Shown here one piece after another: positions 25,412 to 39,399 of a stretch of 64,000 nt of DNA; position 1 is the stretch's first letter, and each line of letters begins with the position of its first letter. The translations under genes were made by a program, and so were the position numbers. The DNA is from Raja brachyura (Eukaryota). The notes below the pieces were generated by a model. That model made no database searches. It was not told where the DNA came from and saw only the letters and a program-made list of their open reading frames with translations. The stretch spans positions 39,246,001 to 39,310,000 of the forward strand of contig OY740790.1 of the NCBI GenBank assembly GCA_963514005.1, in the 5' to 3' direction.

Positions 25412-25524
25412 TTAGTAACTCCTTACAATACAATAACTCGGGTGTCTGGTGGATAAATTGTGACTATATCCAATATCTAATAAAGTTTGAGACTATGTTT
25501 CTTTCCCTCTCACGATGTTTATTT

Positions 25525-25825
25525 TTAGTTTGGTTTGGATACAGCGTGGAAACAGGCCCTTCGGCTCACCGGGTCCGCGCCGACCAGCGATCCCCGCTAA
25601 CACTAGACACTAGGGCCAATTTTTACATTTACCAAGCCAATTAACCTACAAACCTGTAGGTCTTTGGAGTGCGAGAGGAAACCGAAGATCTCGGAGAAAA
25701 CCAACGCAGGCCATGGGGAGAACGTACAAACTCCGTAGACAGCACCCGCAGTCGGGATCGAACCCGGGTTTCCGGCGCTGCATTCGCTTGTAAGGCAGCA
25801 ACTCGACCGCTGCGCCACCGTGACC
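25525..25825 (-). mobile_element. tRNA-derived SINE (HE1/V-SINE-like), well preserved
   Basis: Minus strand: A-box GGTGGCGCAGCGG, B-box GGTTCGATCC, core CTCCAAAGAC, CR1-like tail GGCCTGTTTCCACGCTGTATC followed by (CAAAC/TAAA)n. Confidence 0.88.
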
Positions 25826-26213
25826 GCACAATCGAGATGAAGGAGAGCAACAAAAATCAGCAGGTTCGGTAATTGTGGTGGTAAAGGAAATAGTTATTCT
25901 CTTTCATGTTTAGTATTAAACCGGCATCGGGAATTTGGTCAGATAAAAGGAGTGCTTACGTGACGTTATAAAATCCAACATCAAGATTTGGATGAGGGAA
26001 GGATTCAAAGACTGATAACAACAGTTATAGATAGCTGTTCTAAATACACTCTCAATGTGACCTTTATAATTAAAATATTTGAAATTGAGTATTATTTTTT
26101 TAATTAGTTTTGGGAATGGGGAAAATTAAAATAATAATTTATATTTTTCTATTTGCGGTTAATTATTGTGCGGGTTAATTATTGTGCGGATGGATGGATT
26201 CTCAAGAGGAAGC

Positions 26214-26413
26214 NNNNNNNNNNNNNNNNNNNNNNNNNNNNNNNNNNNNNNNNNNNNNNNNNNNNNNNNNNNNNNNNNNNNNNNNNNNNNNNNNNNNNNN
26301 NNNNNNNNNNNNNNNNNNNNNNNNNNNNNNNNNNNNNNNNNNNNNNNNNNNNNNNNNNNNNNNNNNNNNNNNNNNNNNNNNNNNNNNNNNNNNNNNNNNN
26401 NNNNNNNNNNNNN
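26214..26413. other. Assembly gap (200 N)
   Basis: Exactly 200 N, which suggests a fixed-size scaffolding gap of unknown true length. Confidence 0.99.
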
Positions 26414-29400
26414 GTTAGACCTGCCTAGGTCGGAATTCAAAATTCAATTCGAATTTATATATTTTTTAATGGTTCTTATTTATTTAGTTTTTTCTGCTGT
26501 CATTGTCATCGTATTGATTTTAAAAGGCAAATACAGAACAACAAAATAACAATATAACCAAGTCAGTTTAAAAAATACTTTTGGATTTTTTATTTAAAGC
26601 TTCCCTTTTGAGAGAATAGTTTATTTAGGTGGTTCTGGTAGTGCAGATTTCCTTGTCAAAACAACGATCGATTGTACTTTTGCTGGGTAGCGAAACTGAC
26701 CTGACAAAACATTTTATGGAGTGAAAATATAACGAACACGATAACAATGTAGCACGGAAACGATTTTCCGTTTTATTTCAGATTTCCATCATGTACACTA
26801 TTTTATTTTTTTTTATATTTGGAGCCAAAGCGATGGATAGTTTGCCATATTCGAAGGTAGTTACTTAAAATAGACATCGACCGTTATGAAACTCTGTCGC
26901 CCCTCACATGTATTATGCTGCGGTCTGTCTTCTTTTGTTTATATGTGAGTATTGCCCACAAATAATCCGCATCAAGAGTTGTCATTATACATTTGCATAA
27001 CAACCGGACTAATGCGGGCACATGGGATATTTGCGGTTTGCACAGCAAGAAATCTCACACTTGAACTGGAGCTTTCATCTTCAGTGTAAATCTTTTAAAG
27101 CCATGTTAATATGGGATTATTTGCAACAACAGCAATAAACCCGCCTAGAACCACTACTTGTTTGTAATGGGTTATTTTAAGTCTCAAGATATTCAATGGG
27201 TCGCCACGGGAGCTGAATGTTGCACTGTTTTAACCCAAAAAAAATGCCAGTAAATGTACATCTTATCATCTGCTTAATAGAATTAGGAGATTCATAACCT
27301 CGCCGTTCCATTTTGAACTCGTTCTGTAAAAGGGAATCGATTCTTCAAATGAGTCGGCGTTTAAAAAAATGTATGAACAACTGATGTTATACTGATGCAT
27401 AAAACAGCGGACGCGATTTCGAAGTGAATGGTGTGTTCAATTAGGTTGTCATTTAGTGAGCTTTACTGCCCACGCCAGGACAATGAGCAGAGACCAAACA
27501 TATTAACCTACATCTTAGTGAGACCTATAATGCACACGTATCAGCTTCTTCGATGCATCGTTAAGTTTTGAATGCAGTTGAGAGTAATGATTAAATTTAA
27601 GGAATAGAATAACACTGTCTAAATTTGTTTTCAGACAGAATATTTTGGTCGTGGGGAAATGTCACCAGTGTTCTTTCCAATTCTGATCAATATTTTCTGG
27701 GGTTATTATTAAACAGAAATGTGTTGGGAGATATTAACCATCTTTTAAAAACAATTTAAGGTAAAATTAAATTTCGTGAATATTGTTATTGCATACAAAA
27801 TATAGTGTCCCACGTTCATAGTTATCCAAAAAAAATTACAACATGAAAATGGATATCAAATGTGCAATGTGAATGAATTAATATCAACCTACTTATAGAC
27901 GGTTTTCATGAAATGGCATTACTCTGATATTACTATGTGTAATCATATCTCCATCATCACTATCACCAAGTCATAACACCTAACCATTTAGAATACAGGG
28001 ATAAGTCACACAGGCGCTGACGTTTTGCATCCACATATCTCAGAATAGCGTTAACATTGTAGCAAAAAAGCACTTTTAGTTTTTTTTAATATATGGTTTA
28101 TTTTGATTGAATGTGAGTTTGCTTTTCATTACAATAAGTCGAAGGGTGGGGCGGGGAATCCTTCCGACAGACGTTGCTTGCCAAATAGTTTGGATCTTGT
28201 TCATATGTAAAATGGCCAATATTCTTAAGAATGGCAAATCATGTTAATTGATAGGGAACAAAAGTACTGATTCGTGATCGGTCTCAAAACCGCGTGCAGT
28301 ACTACAAGAAAGGATACAACCGCATTATTTAAACTTCATTCTTAAATAGTTGGCAAACACATCCCACAGAGATAGTTGCGTTGCATTTAGGTGACATTGA
28401 AATTCCCATAACCCGATAAAACATACAAATCAGTAATTCTGCAACAGGTGTCGAGTTTATTCCAAACAAGAGGCCTATCTTTAATCCTGAGATTGCTGGT
28501 GTCGTCTATGCGAATTGAAAACGGATCGCATGGTGTCGATTCCTGCTCAGCTGAAGAGAGTGGTCCAAGTACACCGATTGTTGTGGGGTTAGAGCTTGTG
28601 CTGCGTAAACGCAGTTACTCTAATGGGTTATATGTCATTAGATCCTCGCAATGAATGTCAGCCAGAAAATAGGGTGGTAAAAGGAAAAGAGAAAGTGTGT
28701 CCAGGAGAAAGTTATCCTGAGAAAAACGAGCAGGGCATCAGTCAGTTGGGAAGTGTTTCAATCTTCTATCTATATATTTTTATTGTTTGTGCTTATTTTT
28801 TATTTTAGTGTTTAAAATATTCTATCCCGATTGTTGATCAGTACGGAGTGGAATATTGTGGAATATCTATCGGCTGAATAATTTATTATTATTGCCATGG
28901 CAAAGGTCATTATCTGTTTCTCTGATGATTCTTTCCACGTATAAACCTGCGATCGGAGAATGAAAATTGTCAGCCTTGGAGATGCTAATTTCCATGCAAA
29001 TAAGATGAGATTATGTTTTTCAGAAGAACCAAAGCGCATCTTCTAAAAATATCTAGAAGTCCTTTTGTTTACAAATCAAGGTAGTCTCAATATCAAGTAT
29101 TTATGTTAGGAACTAGTGATCAATCTCACAAATGTGCTAATAGTCTAGCGGTTCAGAATTCCAATTCACACTATTACTTTCATCCCACACGCTTTCATTT
29201 TTCTAAAATAAATTGATGATGCATGCAAGGAAGACAACAAGGTTTTTAAAAAAAAATGTTTTCAACTTGTTTAACTAAGAGGCACCTGCCCAAGTTTGCT
29301 AATCACATAGAATGGGCATTGGCCTAACTCAGAAATGCGGTGCTGCATTTTTTTTTACCTTTACATCTGTTCTATTATCGCATGATGCAACACAATAATT

Positions 29401-30019
29401 TATGAATTATATATATATATATAATTCATAATTCAACATCTGTTTTTGTTTCAAATTTACTTCGGATGAAAATTGATGATTACGTTTATTTATTTTAAAA
29501 AATCCATTAGCTGTGCAACCTATCATTACAAAAATCTTCCGCGTGATTAAGTGTCCCACGTCCTTTTAGCAGAATGTCGTTATTTTCGAAATTAGATGAA
29601 TGATTTGATCTCGTCAAAGATTTGTCAAACAGTTGCAAGGGGTCGCAGTGAACGGCAACCGATATTTCCGTGTTGTTCGTCGGGATTAACAAAAAAAAGG
29701 AACTGCAAAGTTAGATGCAGGTATCTCCAAATTTCATCTAAATATGTGGGAGTTTGGGCAACGTTTGATGATTGTAAGCAACTAACTATCGCTTGCCGTA
29801 ATTCAATTACCAAATTAATTACCAATATTCAATTAATAGTTATTAGTCGGTGTAAAAGCCTTTTCGAATGATGCTAAATTGCACACCATTTTATGGTATA
29901 TGTGTTATTTTGGAGGATAAAAAGTGTGAATAAAATATTATTTCTGCTACATATAGAATATTGTAAAGTAGTCACCCATTGATTGTTGCGAATAAAGAAG
30001 TCCTGAGTTTTCTTCCTTG

Positions 30020-30325
30020 AATTCATCTCCGGTTCAGCCCACCGAGTCTGGTCCGGCCACCCAGCATCCATTTGATGAATCTTTATTTCCCACATTCCCA
30101 TCATTTCCCCCAGATTCTCCCACTCACATAAACACATCGTGGACAATTTGTAGTGGCCAACTCGCAGGTCTTCTGTCGGAGCACCAGAGAAACTCCACGC
30201 AGTCAGGGAGAGAACGTGCAAACTTCACACAAGCAGCACCAGAGGTCAGGATTGAAGCCGCGTCGCTAGAACTGCAGTCGTTAGAAAGGCAATAAGCAGT
30301 TCTACTAAATGCGCCTCATATGCCA
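30020..30325 (-). mobile_element. Degenerate tRNA-derived SINE
   Basis: GGAGAACGTGCAAACTTCACACAAGCAGCACCAGAGGTCAGGATTGAA, homologous to the other SINE copies. Confidence 0.7.
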
Positions 30326-32849
30326 CTCTGGTCTGGGGTATTTAGAACCTCACTGGTCTTTCAGTTGTCTAAGATTGGTATTATCTTACAACGCCGAAAA
30401 GATTCTTCTAAATTCTAAATTCTTCTAAAGGACTAACTCATTTCAATCCTTTGGGCAATATCCCCTGGTATTATCTGGTTCGACAAAGTGGCTTCACCTG
30501 CACAATAAGCATAAGCCAATTAGCAGCGGAATCAGGTATCTGCCCTTCTTGTCTATGGTTCTTTCTAGCTTCCATAGCTTACCCATGTGCAAAACGAGGA
30601 AACAGGAATATATATGATTTTGGAGCACGTATATTTAACAATAAAATAGCAGAATGATGTTTGTTGAAAATGTGGTAAGAATAAAGATAAAGTTAAAGAT
30701 GACTTTACGTTTTGTGCCAACTGAGGCAACAGACTTTCGTAGAACTCTTCTAAATGTAACGATGGTGTTTATACAGCAACACGACACCCAAGTGTATAGT
30801 TTAAGTAAAAACTTCTACAGTTAAAAGGAGGTGGGAGGAAGAATCCTACCGCCAAAATTGCAGGGTTTCTATAGTGCGGCTGCTATACGAATACGGGATA
30901 TTTGTTGACTTTATTGAGAAAATTACTTTCGGAAGAAAGATGAATCTGAAATTATTGCAAGTTTCATCTTAATTGTTCGAGCAAATGAAGTGCATCGGTC
31001 CGCATCATCTCATCGAAGAGAAATCTTGGATTGCTGGTCTTTTTGACCTGATTTTGGAATACATTTAAACTTCAACCATTGTTTCGACAAAACGTACAAA
31101 GATTAAGATGATACAGAAATATCGCAACCGCGGTTATGGCCATGTAAACACTCTATCATTATTTAAACTCACGTACTCATACACAGGAGTTCACATGGAC
31201 AAACCACCAGCCCTTACTCGTCTCCTTTTAAGAATTCTTTATTTTCGCACGTGGTAATTATTTTTCGACAGTATACTTCAATTCCACCGCCAATTTACCA
31301 TTTCTTAATAAACGATAAGGCACATAATTCCAACAGGCGTCCCTATACAATTAACAGTGTTAAGGAGAAATGCATTCTTACTGACTTTCTTCCCTACTTG
31401 ACTTTCCCCGAGTGTCTACCGAAAGCCACGAATAAAACTTTATAATTTCTGCTTGCCCAGCGAGGATAATTTATATTTATATTTAATATTTATATTTTCT
31501 GCAAAAATTATACTTTCTTTAAAAACTTGCTATCTACCCCATCAAGTTTGTAGAAACGGGATTTTCAGGGCCTTATTCAATCGGGTCTCCAATTGCACAC
31601 CCTCCTTCCTGTATTATGAATTGTACTGCGATATATTAGTTTTGTAGCAATATATGGTATTTTCTGAAAGTTGATCAGCAAATGGACAGGCCTTTGTAGT
31701 ACAGTGGGTGCAACGTATAGACACTGTCACAAAGAAAATTAAACAACTCGGCCACTGGGGACAAGTTAACCACCTGTGATGTTAACTCTTTTGCTTTTTA
31801 ACTTCATACACCTTACTGACCTGCAATGTGCTCCATTACACCGCTCCCCACCCCAACTACTTTTAATCATTTTTATGTTTAACTCCAATGCAGTCACGTA
31901 TTGTCTATCGATAATGTATCTGACTAACGGAAATATACCATGTTCATCATTTCTGATGAAGGTCTCGCGTCGCATGTAATCCAACTCGTATTTCTTATTT
32001 CACACGCGGATGTTCTTTAATTAGATTTAATTACAGAGATATTAGGTTGTATATAAATACAAAATAAATCTGAAGATTCTGTGGCCGTTTAATAACTGCT
32101 CCAGCATTTTGAGCTTTGCAGACAATAGTTAGTTTATTCATCTAAATATTTACAAATTATTACTCTGATGATTCTATTTCGCTGAGAAATCGAAGCTGTC
32201 ACCCCAGCGCGTTACGTTGCATCTGCTGCACTGACCAAAGTGTCAACTTTCTGGTGCGACGTGAAACCAAAATCGGTCCGCCTTCCCCTGTGAAAGTTAA
32301 TTTAAAAAAAAACTATTTAGAAGGCAATCATGCAAATTCGTACATATGTTTCAATAAACATAGCTAAACATGATTATCTTACTATTACCACACAACTGGG
32401 CACCTGGAAGGAACTGCGTTCAAATTAGCTGGCGCCAACCAAATGGTCCACCACGATTGAACATCAAAGATATTTTATTGGTCATATGGTCATACAGCAC
32501 TTCTGAACAGGCAAAAGTCAGGAAAATATGGTCTTTTAATGCCCGCTTTTACATACATACACCGGGACAATGGACCAAAATTACTCAAAAGTAAGCACAT
32601 GTAACATCGAATAGGAATACATATTTCCTCAGCCCAGCTCCTTGGATGAAGAGTACCAGGAAAATTGACCAGGTCACGTAGTAATCTGCACATTATGATA
32701 TCTTGTGGAACTGAAAAATCTATCTACCCTTTCCAACCAAAAGCCATACGACGAAATAAATTATTGGAATTACAAGACTAATATTTAATTTCCCATTACA
32801 TTAATTATCAGGGAATGTAGAGTTCATCAACAATATTAAAACGACAGAT

Positions 32850-33130
32850 AACCCATCGTCGTATTGAAACCTTGACTATTCCTCTCCCCAAAGTCTGCCA
32901 GGCCTACTTAAGGATTACAGCCAAATTCCGTTTTAGTCAATATAAGTCCTGGAAATGCTGCAAGTATTCAGTAAATCTGTCAGGGTCTGTGGAGAAGAGA
33001 GACATTTCGGGTCAGAATTGAAGCGACAACGCTGCTTCTTTCTTCACCGATGCTGTATGATTTGCTGTACTTTTCCGGCATTCTCTGTTTTGTTTCCCCC
33101 CAAATTTCTAGTATCAACGGCATTCTCCTT
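32850..33130. mobile_element. Degenerate PLE terminal-repeat fragments in both orientations
   Basis: GGAAATGCTGCAAG...CTGTGGAGAAGAGAGACATTTCGGGTC followed by an inverted GATGCTG...TTTCCGGCATT. Confidence 0.45.
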
Positions 33131-35154
33131 GCTCGGTTCTGTTTTTATTTGAATCTATTTCTCCAAGCCACCCAACTTAATGTATTAGTCATGTTAAAGT
33201 GGAAGTATAGAATGGTATGTGCGATTATGAAGGCTCGCAAAGACCAACGGTTCTATGGACTTCCTTACGTCGACGAGCCCGTCCGTATATCAGCGTAGAT
33301 GTGTTTCTATTTTTATATGTGTGCGTTAATCTTTGTATGTATGTACCTAAAATCAACACTAATACCAGTGCCTATAAAGTACAAACAAGGATATTGGAAT
33401 TCTGAAATACTGCCATGGAATATCCTCGGGTGGTCAGGCAGCATCTATGGAAAGAGGGAAAAACAGCTGATGCCATTATGTTGCGAACAGATTGTGGTCA
33501 AAATGAAACATCAACTTTACCTTCGCAAAATCTATCGGGCGAGTGAATGGTTCCAGCACCTTTCCTTCGTAAAAGTGGGTGAAAAAATGTGAAATGCCTG
33601 TAGCTACTCGCCGATTGTAAATGTGTGCCGTTGCGCTTATCCGTATGTGTAATTGGGCGTATCGTGTGCCTATCAGTATGTGTAAACGACTATGTGTAAA
33701 CGACTGCACGAGTGTGTCCCTGGAGTGTCTCTTCTGTTTTTTCTGTCCTCTTTGTTTATGCCATTTCGAGGCTTTTTTTTCCCCACGAAAAATCATTAAA
33801 AAGAACTGCCTTCTGTAAGTGATTCATAGGGCAACTATGTATCGTTTGTATATGTCCACACTTCCATCAATTGGTTTCCTTCCGATGCGAAATAGGAATG
33901 ATCCCAATCGGGAACAGTGTCTGAGGGTTAGACCCTGGTATTTTAGTAGCGAACCCGAGGAATGGATTAGACCATGCTCTCTCGGATGAAACGGTTGACT
34001 GTGTGTGGTTCCTGCTTGGGAAAAAGTCTCCAAATGTGCAGTGTGAGGGCAGCGATATTAACTAAATGACTGAAAGGTTTAACATGTGACCTTTTGCAAT
34101 TACGGTAATTCAACCTGATCTTAGCTGAGATCGTCTCTTTGAGTAGCTGTAGTGATCTCAAGACAAAATCTTGCTCAAATAGATTAGATACGTTTCACGT
34201 ATTAAAGCGGCACTATCGTGTTTTACCAAACTGCTCGACAGTTTAATCAGCCAGACCATTAATTGAAACGAACGACCAACCACCAAGCGTGGCAATAAAC
34301 GTTGGATACACAGTGAGCCGATTTTCTTTTCATGTAACAAGAGAATATTCCGACGATTTGCCCTTTGCGTTGTGACATCAGACAAAATACGCGTTGGTGA
34401 TTTAACTGCGAAGAGATGTAGTGTTAACTGATCATATGTGCTTCCGCGTTTTCCTTCACTAAACTACTATCATAGCTGTTCGGTTTGAAGTCTTCCAAAA
34501 ACAATCAGTCAAATACTGTAGATGTGCTGCAGTGCGGAACTGATTTCGCTTTTCAGCGAGTTTACTTAAATGAAGAAACGATAATTCAAATTATCGATCC
34601 CATCCTTCCCTCTGCAATCTCTAAAATTATTTCATCTGGGTTTTTACTTATTCATAAAACCGTCCATTCACCTAACACGTTTCTAAGATATTCGTTCAGA
34701 ACAGAATATAATGTATTTTTTTGTAATTCGGTAAGACACTGACCAGAAATTTACAAGAGCACTTGGATAAAAGTCTAGCTATGACCCATATAAAAGACCG
34801 ATAATCAAGCGTACATAACTCCCATTTGAAAGCCACGGGAAACAGCTAAATATGTCATATTTCGCTTTTTCCCCTGAAGTACTTGCACACATTAACAGAA
34901 CCACAGTACCAGCAAATCAAATATCACTGAAGATATTCTGGACAGCTAGAACGAACACGTGGCCCAATTGTGAATATTTTTGCGGGACTGATGCCACATC
35001 CAAAGCTCTCGTTGTTGCTGTGTCAAAAAGAGCAGTGTGATGAGTTTTGAGTTGCTTCAGGACCAGAACCTTGCAGCACACACACACACACACATATATA
35101 TATGGCCATATATATATATTTGGCCATTTAAGACTGACACGCGGAAATAAATGC

Positions 35155-35392
35155 ATCCAGAATGTTGTGAATCTGTGGAATTCTCTTCCTTAGAAGTCAA
35201 TGGAGGCAAATTCACTGGATGTTTTCAAGAGAGTTAGATATAGCTCTTAATGTTAACGGAATTAAGGGATATGGGGACAAAGAGGGAACGGGGTACTGAT
35301 TTTTCATGATCAGCCATGATCACAATGAATGGCGGTGCTGGCTCGAAGGGCCGAATTGCCTACTCCTGCACCCATTTTCTATGTTTCTATGT
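35155..35392 (+). mobile_element. CR1 3' fragment
   Basis: GTTGTGAATCTGTGGAATTCTC...GAATGGCGGTGCTGGCTCGAAGGGCCGAA; tail TTCTATGTTTCTATG. Confidence 0.85.
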
Positions 35393-38300
35393 GTATATAG
35401 ATATATATTGGCACCCGGTGTCTTTTCCCTTCTTAGATTAATAATATTTGGACCCCGAACACAGCTCACCATATTAGTTTTTGTTAAAGCACGATGCAGG
35501 TACTTGGAAACAAACCTCATCTTTATGTAATAAGTCATTTTTGTTTCGTCTTCTCTCGGCGCGGCCTTCAACAGCCTGCTACTTGCATCATTAAATTACA
35601 TCACCGGTTCAAAACGATCTATGTCTACCCTATCGCCGATATTAATCGTTCTACCTATCGGGGATATATCGGCGCAGTTACTTTTGATGACTGCAATATC
35701 AGTTAAATGAAATACTCGCCCGGGTTACAAAAGCTAATAGTACCTAACAACTCAACAGCCACCTTCACGTGTTCTCACCAGGGCGAGGTTCAACATCTGA
35801 CAAACACCAAATGTTCCCTGTGTTGTTTTGTTGAAGAGTGGAGTTGTTATCTCGCTCCAACACCCTTAATGATCCTTTTCCACAGGCCTGGGCTGTAATT
35901 CACAACACGTTCGGGCAACTGAACGTCGCTCGAACTCGCTGCACATCCAATCCATGTATTTTGATTTACCGTTATTCCAGTTCATACAGACACACCGGTG
36001 TTTAACGTGGTAAAATAATTAACGTGGTAAAAGATAGCTGAGAATGGCAGAGGGACTGCGGTTATATCGTTACATTTACAAAGTCAACATTTTTGTTGCA
36101 AATACCCCGGCGTTGGACGGGAGAGGGGCGGGGGGTGGGGGTGGCTGGAGGAAGAGAAGGTGGGGAGCAGACACCAAAGAGTTAAATAAATATTCCGAAA
36201 AATTAGTTTCACTGCCAACGAAAAATATTTAGGCTGCGCAGGGGAAAAAAGACGTGGTTTTACAGAAATAAACGCAATCCAATGGTTGAGGTCAAGAGTG
36301 CAAACTTTTTAAGACTAATGTTTATTTAGAAGAGTGATTGGTGTCTGCCTCGTTTTACTTATGCCCCTGTGCCTGGATTCTAATAACTTTTCCAGATGCA
36401 CTCGCAGCAGTCAATGCAACAGCACGGTCTGCCAAGGGCCAGAGTAAACTTCTATCAATATCTATCACTAACCAGTTGTAGCACTCAAAAACGCATGTAT
36501 CATTCTGCTCCCAAGAAACAGCAGTTGAGATTAAGTTCCTTGCGGAGAAAACAACCGAGTGATTTCTTAAAAAGAAAACATCCGATATCTGTAATTTACT
36601 GTTATTCCACCCACTCCCCCCCCCCCCCCCCCCCCCCCAGATTTATTATTGTCTGAAAATTATAAGGTATTAAAACAACGTATTTGCAAGGGTATGTAAA
36701 AGAAAGGCCCGCAGAATCGCCGGGCAACACCGGGGTCAAATTCATTCTTTCTGCCGAAATAAAACAAATAAAACTGCTTCTAACCCAAGCTTGCAAATGT
36801 TGTTGAATATAATGCTCGAGGAACATAAATCGCCATTACCGCCTGTAAAAAACGTCGCTTCTTATTAAGGGAAAGGGACTCCTGGTGCTTCGACAGGGGA
36901 AAGTTCAATGTAAACTAATAAGTCATGTCATTCAAATATTGTGTAAAGTATCACCGACTTATTAAGCATATATACTTTCCGATTATTTTCATATCGTGGT
37001 ATGTTCCTAAATGCTTTTCTTCCCCCCCCCCCCCCCCCCCCCTTTTCTCCCAGATGACAACCGGCTGCGCTTTATTTTTAAATGCCCATGCTGAGATTTG
37101 CAGTCTTCCCCCTCTCCATTAGCCGCGCTTTCAATCCAGGACGGCTGCTCGACTCGGGCAGATCCAATGATTCATTTCTCCTCTGTCATTCTGCGCCGGC
37201 GGCCCAAGTACATTTTCGTTCGATGTTTTGTTTCTACATAATTCCTGGTGGAGACATTTATTTTTGTTTTTACAACTGGAAAAACCATCGGAATCTTTCT
37301 CGTTTTAGGAAAAAAATGACCACGGGGTCGAGGGTGTCCAGTTCTCTTTAACTTAGTAACGATTTACAATCACTTTTTCTAGCAAAAAAAACCACAAACG
37401 GCCCTTTACCTTTCTGCGGTTTCATTCTTTTGTGGTCCGAGAATGAGAACTCGCTGAAAATATAAACGTTAGGCCGATGTTTGTGGGGTCCCGCACAAGG
37501 GAAGTCTGCAATCTTTCGGGTTCACGCTCTGCCGGCGACCTCCCTCCGCTAGAGATTGCCCGCCTGCACCACAGTTTAAATGTCACGATAAAAATCCCCA
37601 TTCGGTACTAGACTGGAAAAAAATAAGCGTGTTGCTGTGGGTCAAATGCTTTTCATTCAATTAAACGTTTGCTGGAGGTAATTCTTCGTAACAAAAATAT
37701 TACATCATGGGTCTGATGGCTTGGGTTGTTTTCCTTTCATGGGAAATAACATTGCAACATTCTCCTAAATAAATAAGGTCAAAACGTTCACGAAACAGTC
37801 ACAATGGACACAAGTTTGTTTCAAGATGCTTTGAACGTGTTGGTTCTAATTTATTCAAACGATTCGAAGTCGAAATTTTAAATAAAAAGGTAAACAGGCA
37901 GCGGATCTTTTCTAAAGCTACGTTTACACAGCTGGTTCGTGGCCCAGAGATCGGGCGTGTGGAGTTAAATCTCCACCAAGAGCAACACTTGGCCCGCTGC
38001 CACTTTAAAGAACAACCAAACTGCCGAGTAATGCAAGCACCAAGGATTTTCAGTACTTTAAATATGCAAATAAAAAACATTGGAAGGTGAGTCTTATCAA
38101 TGGATGGTAATGGTGGTGTGTTCTCCTCAGCTAGTTAATGTTGCCAGGTCCTCTGAAACTGCAATGGTGGCCTGCAAGCCATGACACTAACCAGCTGGTG
38201 TACCACTAGCTCAATCACAATGTAGACAAGCAAGGCTGAGTTATTCACCCAATACCTTTCACAGAACATATCCAACGAGGTTCAATGGTTTAATAGTTTC

Positions 38301-38584
38301 TTTCCTGTCACTTATACCAGGTACAGTGAATTACATTTTTTTTGCACACAGCTCAGCAAGACTATCCCCGTACATAAGCACAATCCCCTGGTCAGTACAG
38401 TATGCCCAGAACAGCCCAATGAGTCCATATGCAAATGGCGCCAGTTGGCACCATTTTACAGTCCCAGCTGCAGCTGGCCACAAAGGCCCATTGTAGCCGT
38501 CGCCTCCAACCGGTCGTCCCTCACCACACCTGCCCCTGGTTCCTGGTGGAGTGGAATAATCAATAAGAGAAACTTTTCAAAGGA

Positions 38585-39350
38585 GACACACGACACAGCA
38601 GATGCCGGAATCTTGAGCAAATTCTCCTGCTGGAGGTGCTCAGCAGGTCAGGCAGCATCTTTGAAGGTAAGAATTGGGCTGGGACCTTCTTTTGACTGTT
38701 AGAGCAGAGGAGTGAAAGCTGGTAGAAAGAAGTGCAGGAAAGGGGTGGCGCAAGAGCTGGCAAGTGATAGGTAGATCCAGGCAAGGATGAGTTGATTGGC
38801 AGGCGAGTCAGATGGGGGAGAGGATTATGGAGATAATAACCAGAACTGGAGGTGGAGGAGGGAAAAGGAACTGGGTAACAAGGGTAGAGGGAGTTGAAGG
38901 AAATATGTGTGCAGGGGTGGGGAAGCTGGATAGATCAGGAGAAGTGGGAGTGGAGGGGGGGAATGTTTACCTGAAATTTTGATCAACGATCCTCTCCTTG
39001 GGTTGTAGGCCATCCAAGTGGGATATGAGATGTGATTCTTCCAGTTTGCAGGTGGCCTCACTCGATCAGTGGAGGAGACTGAGGACAGGCAGTATGGAAA
39101 CGGGAAGGGGATTTAAAATGGGTAACAACCATTTTTCCCTTCTCGCTCCCACTCGATTTATCTGCGAATCAATCCTTAGTTGAATTTACCTTTCACTTGC
39201 CAGCTGTTAGTCACCTTCTTCTCTCGCCTCTTTCTATCTCCTCTCTATTCCATCAGTCTAAAGATGGGTCCCAAACCAAAATATTATCTCTCCATTTCCC
39301 TCCACAGATGTTGCCTGTCCCATTGAATTCCTTCAGCAGTTTGTTTTTAC
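38585..39350 (-). mobile_element. Penelope-like element remnant (GIY-YIG C-terminus and terminal repeat) with an inverted terminal-repeat copy
   Basis: The minus frame at ~39000-39080 reads SEATCKLEESHLISHLDGLQP, like the PLE C-terminal EEQHLIFRLG-LQP. Terminal repeat on minus at 38585-38700 and on plus at ~39130-39350. Confidence 0.7.
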
Positions 39351-39399
39351 CTTCAGAATATGTCCAACTTATGTAGTTCCACAGGTGACTCCATGCTTC

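Larger units (their letters stand above)
23740..38050. promoter_or_regulatory. Broad AT-rich, CpG-retaining, TE-poor domain (putative non-methylated island/valley)
   Basis: Rough hand count: ~23 CpG in 33601-34200 versus ~3 in 4321-4920 at broadly similar AT-rich composition. Few TE insertions over 14 kb. Confidence 0.65.

Noticed and set aside
25525-25825. tRNA gene suggested by A and B boxes
   Set aside because: The boxes belong to SINE heads repeated at seven or more sites, with no cloverleaf or acceptor stem.
26153-26549. ORFs with long X runs
   Set aside because: Artefacts of the N gap.
36289-36303. AGGTCA-ag-AGTGCA, a DR2 retinoic acid element-like site
   Set aside because: The second half-site is mismatched, and such a match is expected by chance in 64 kb.
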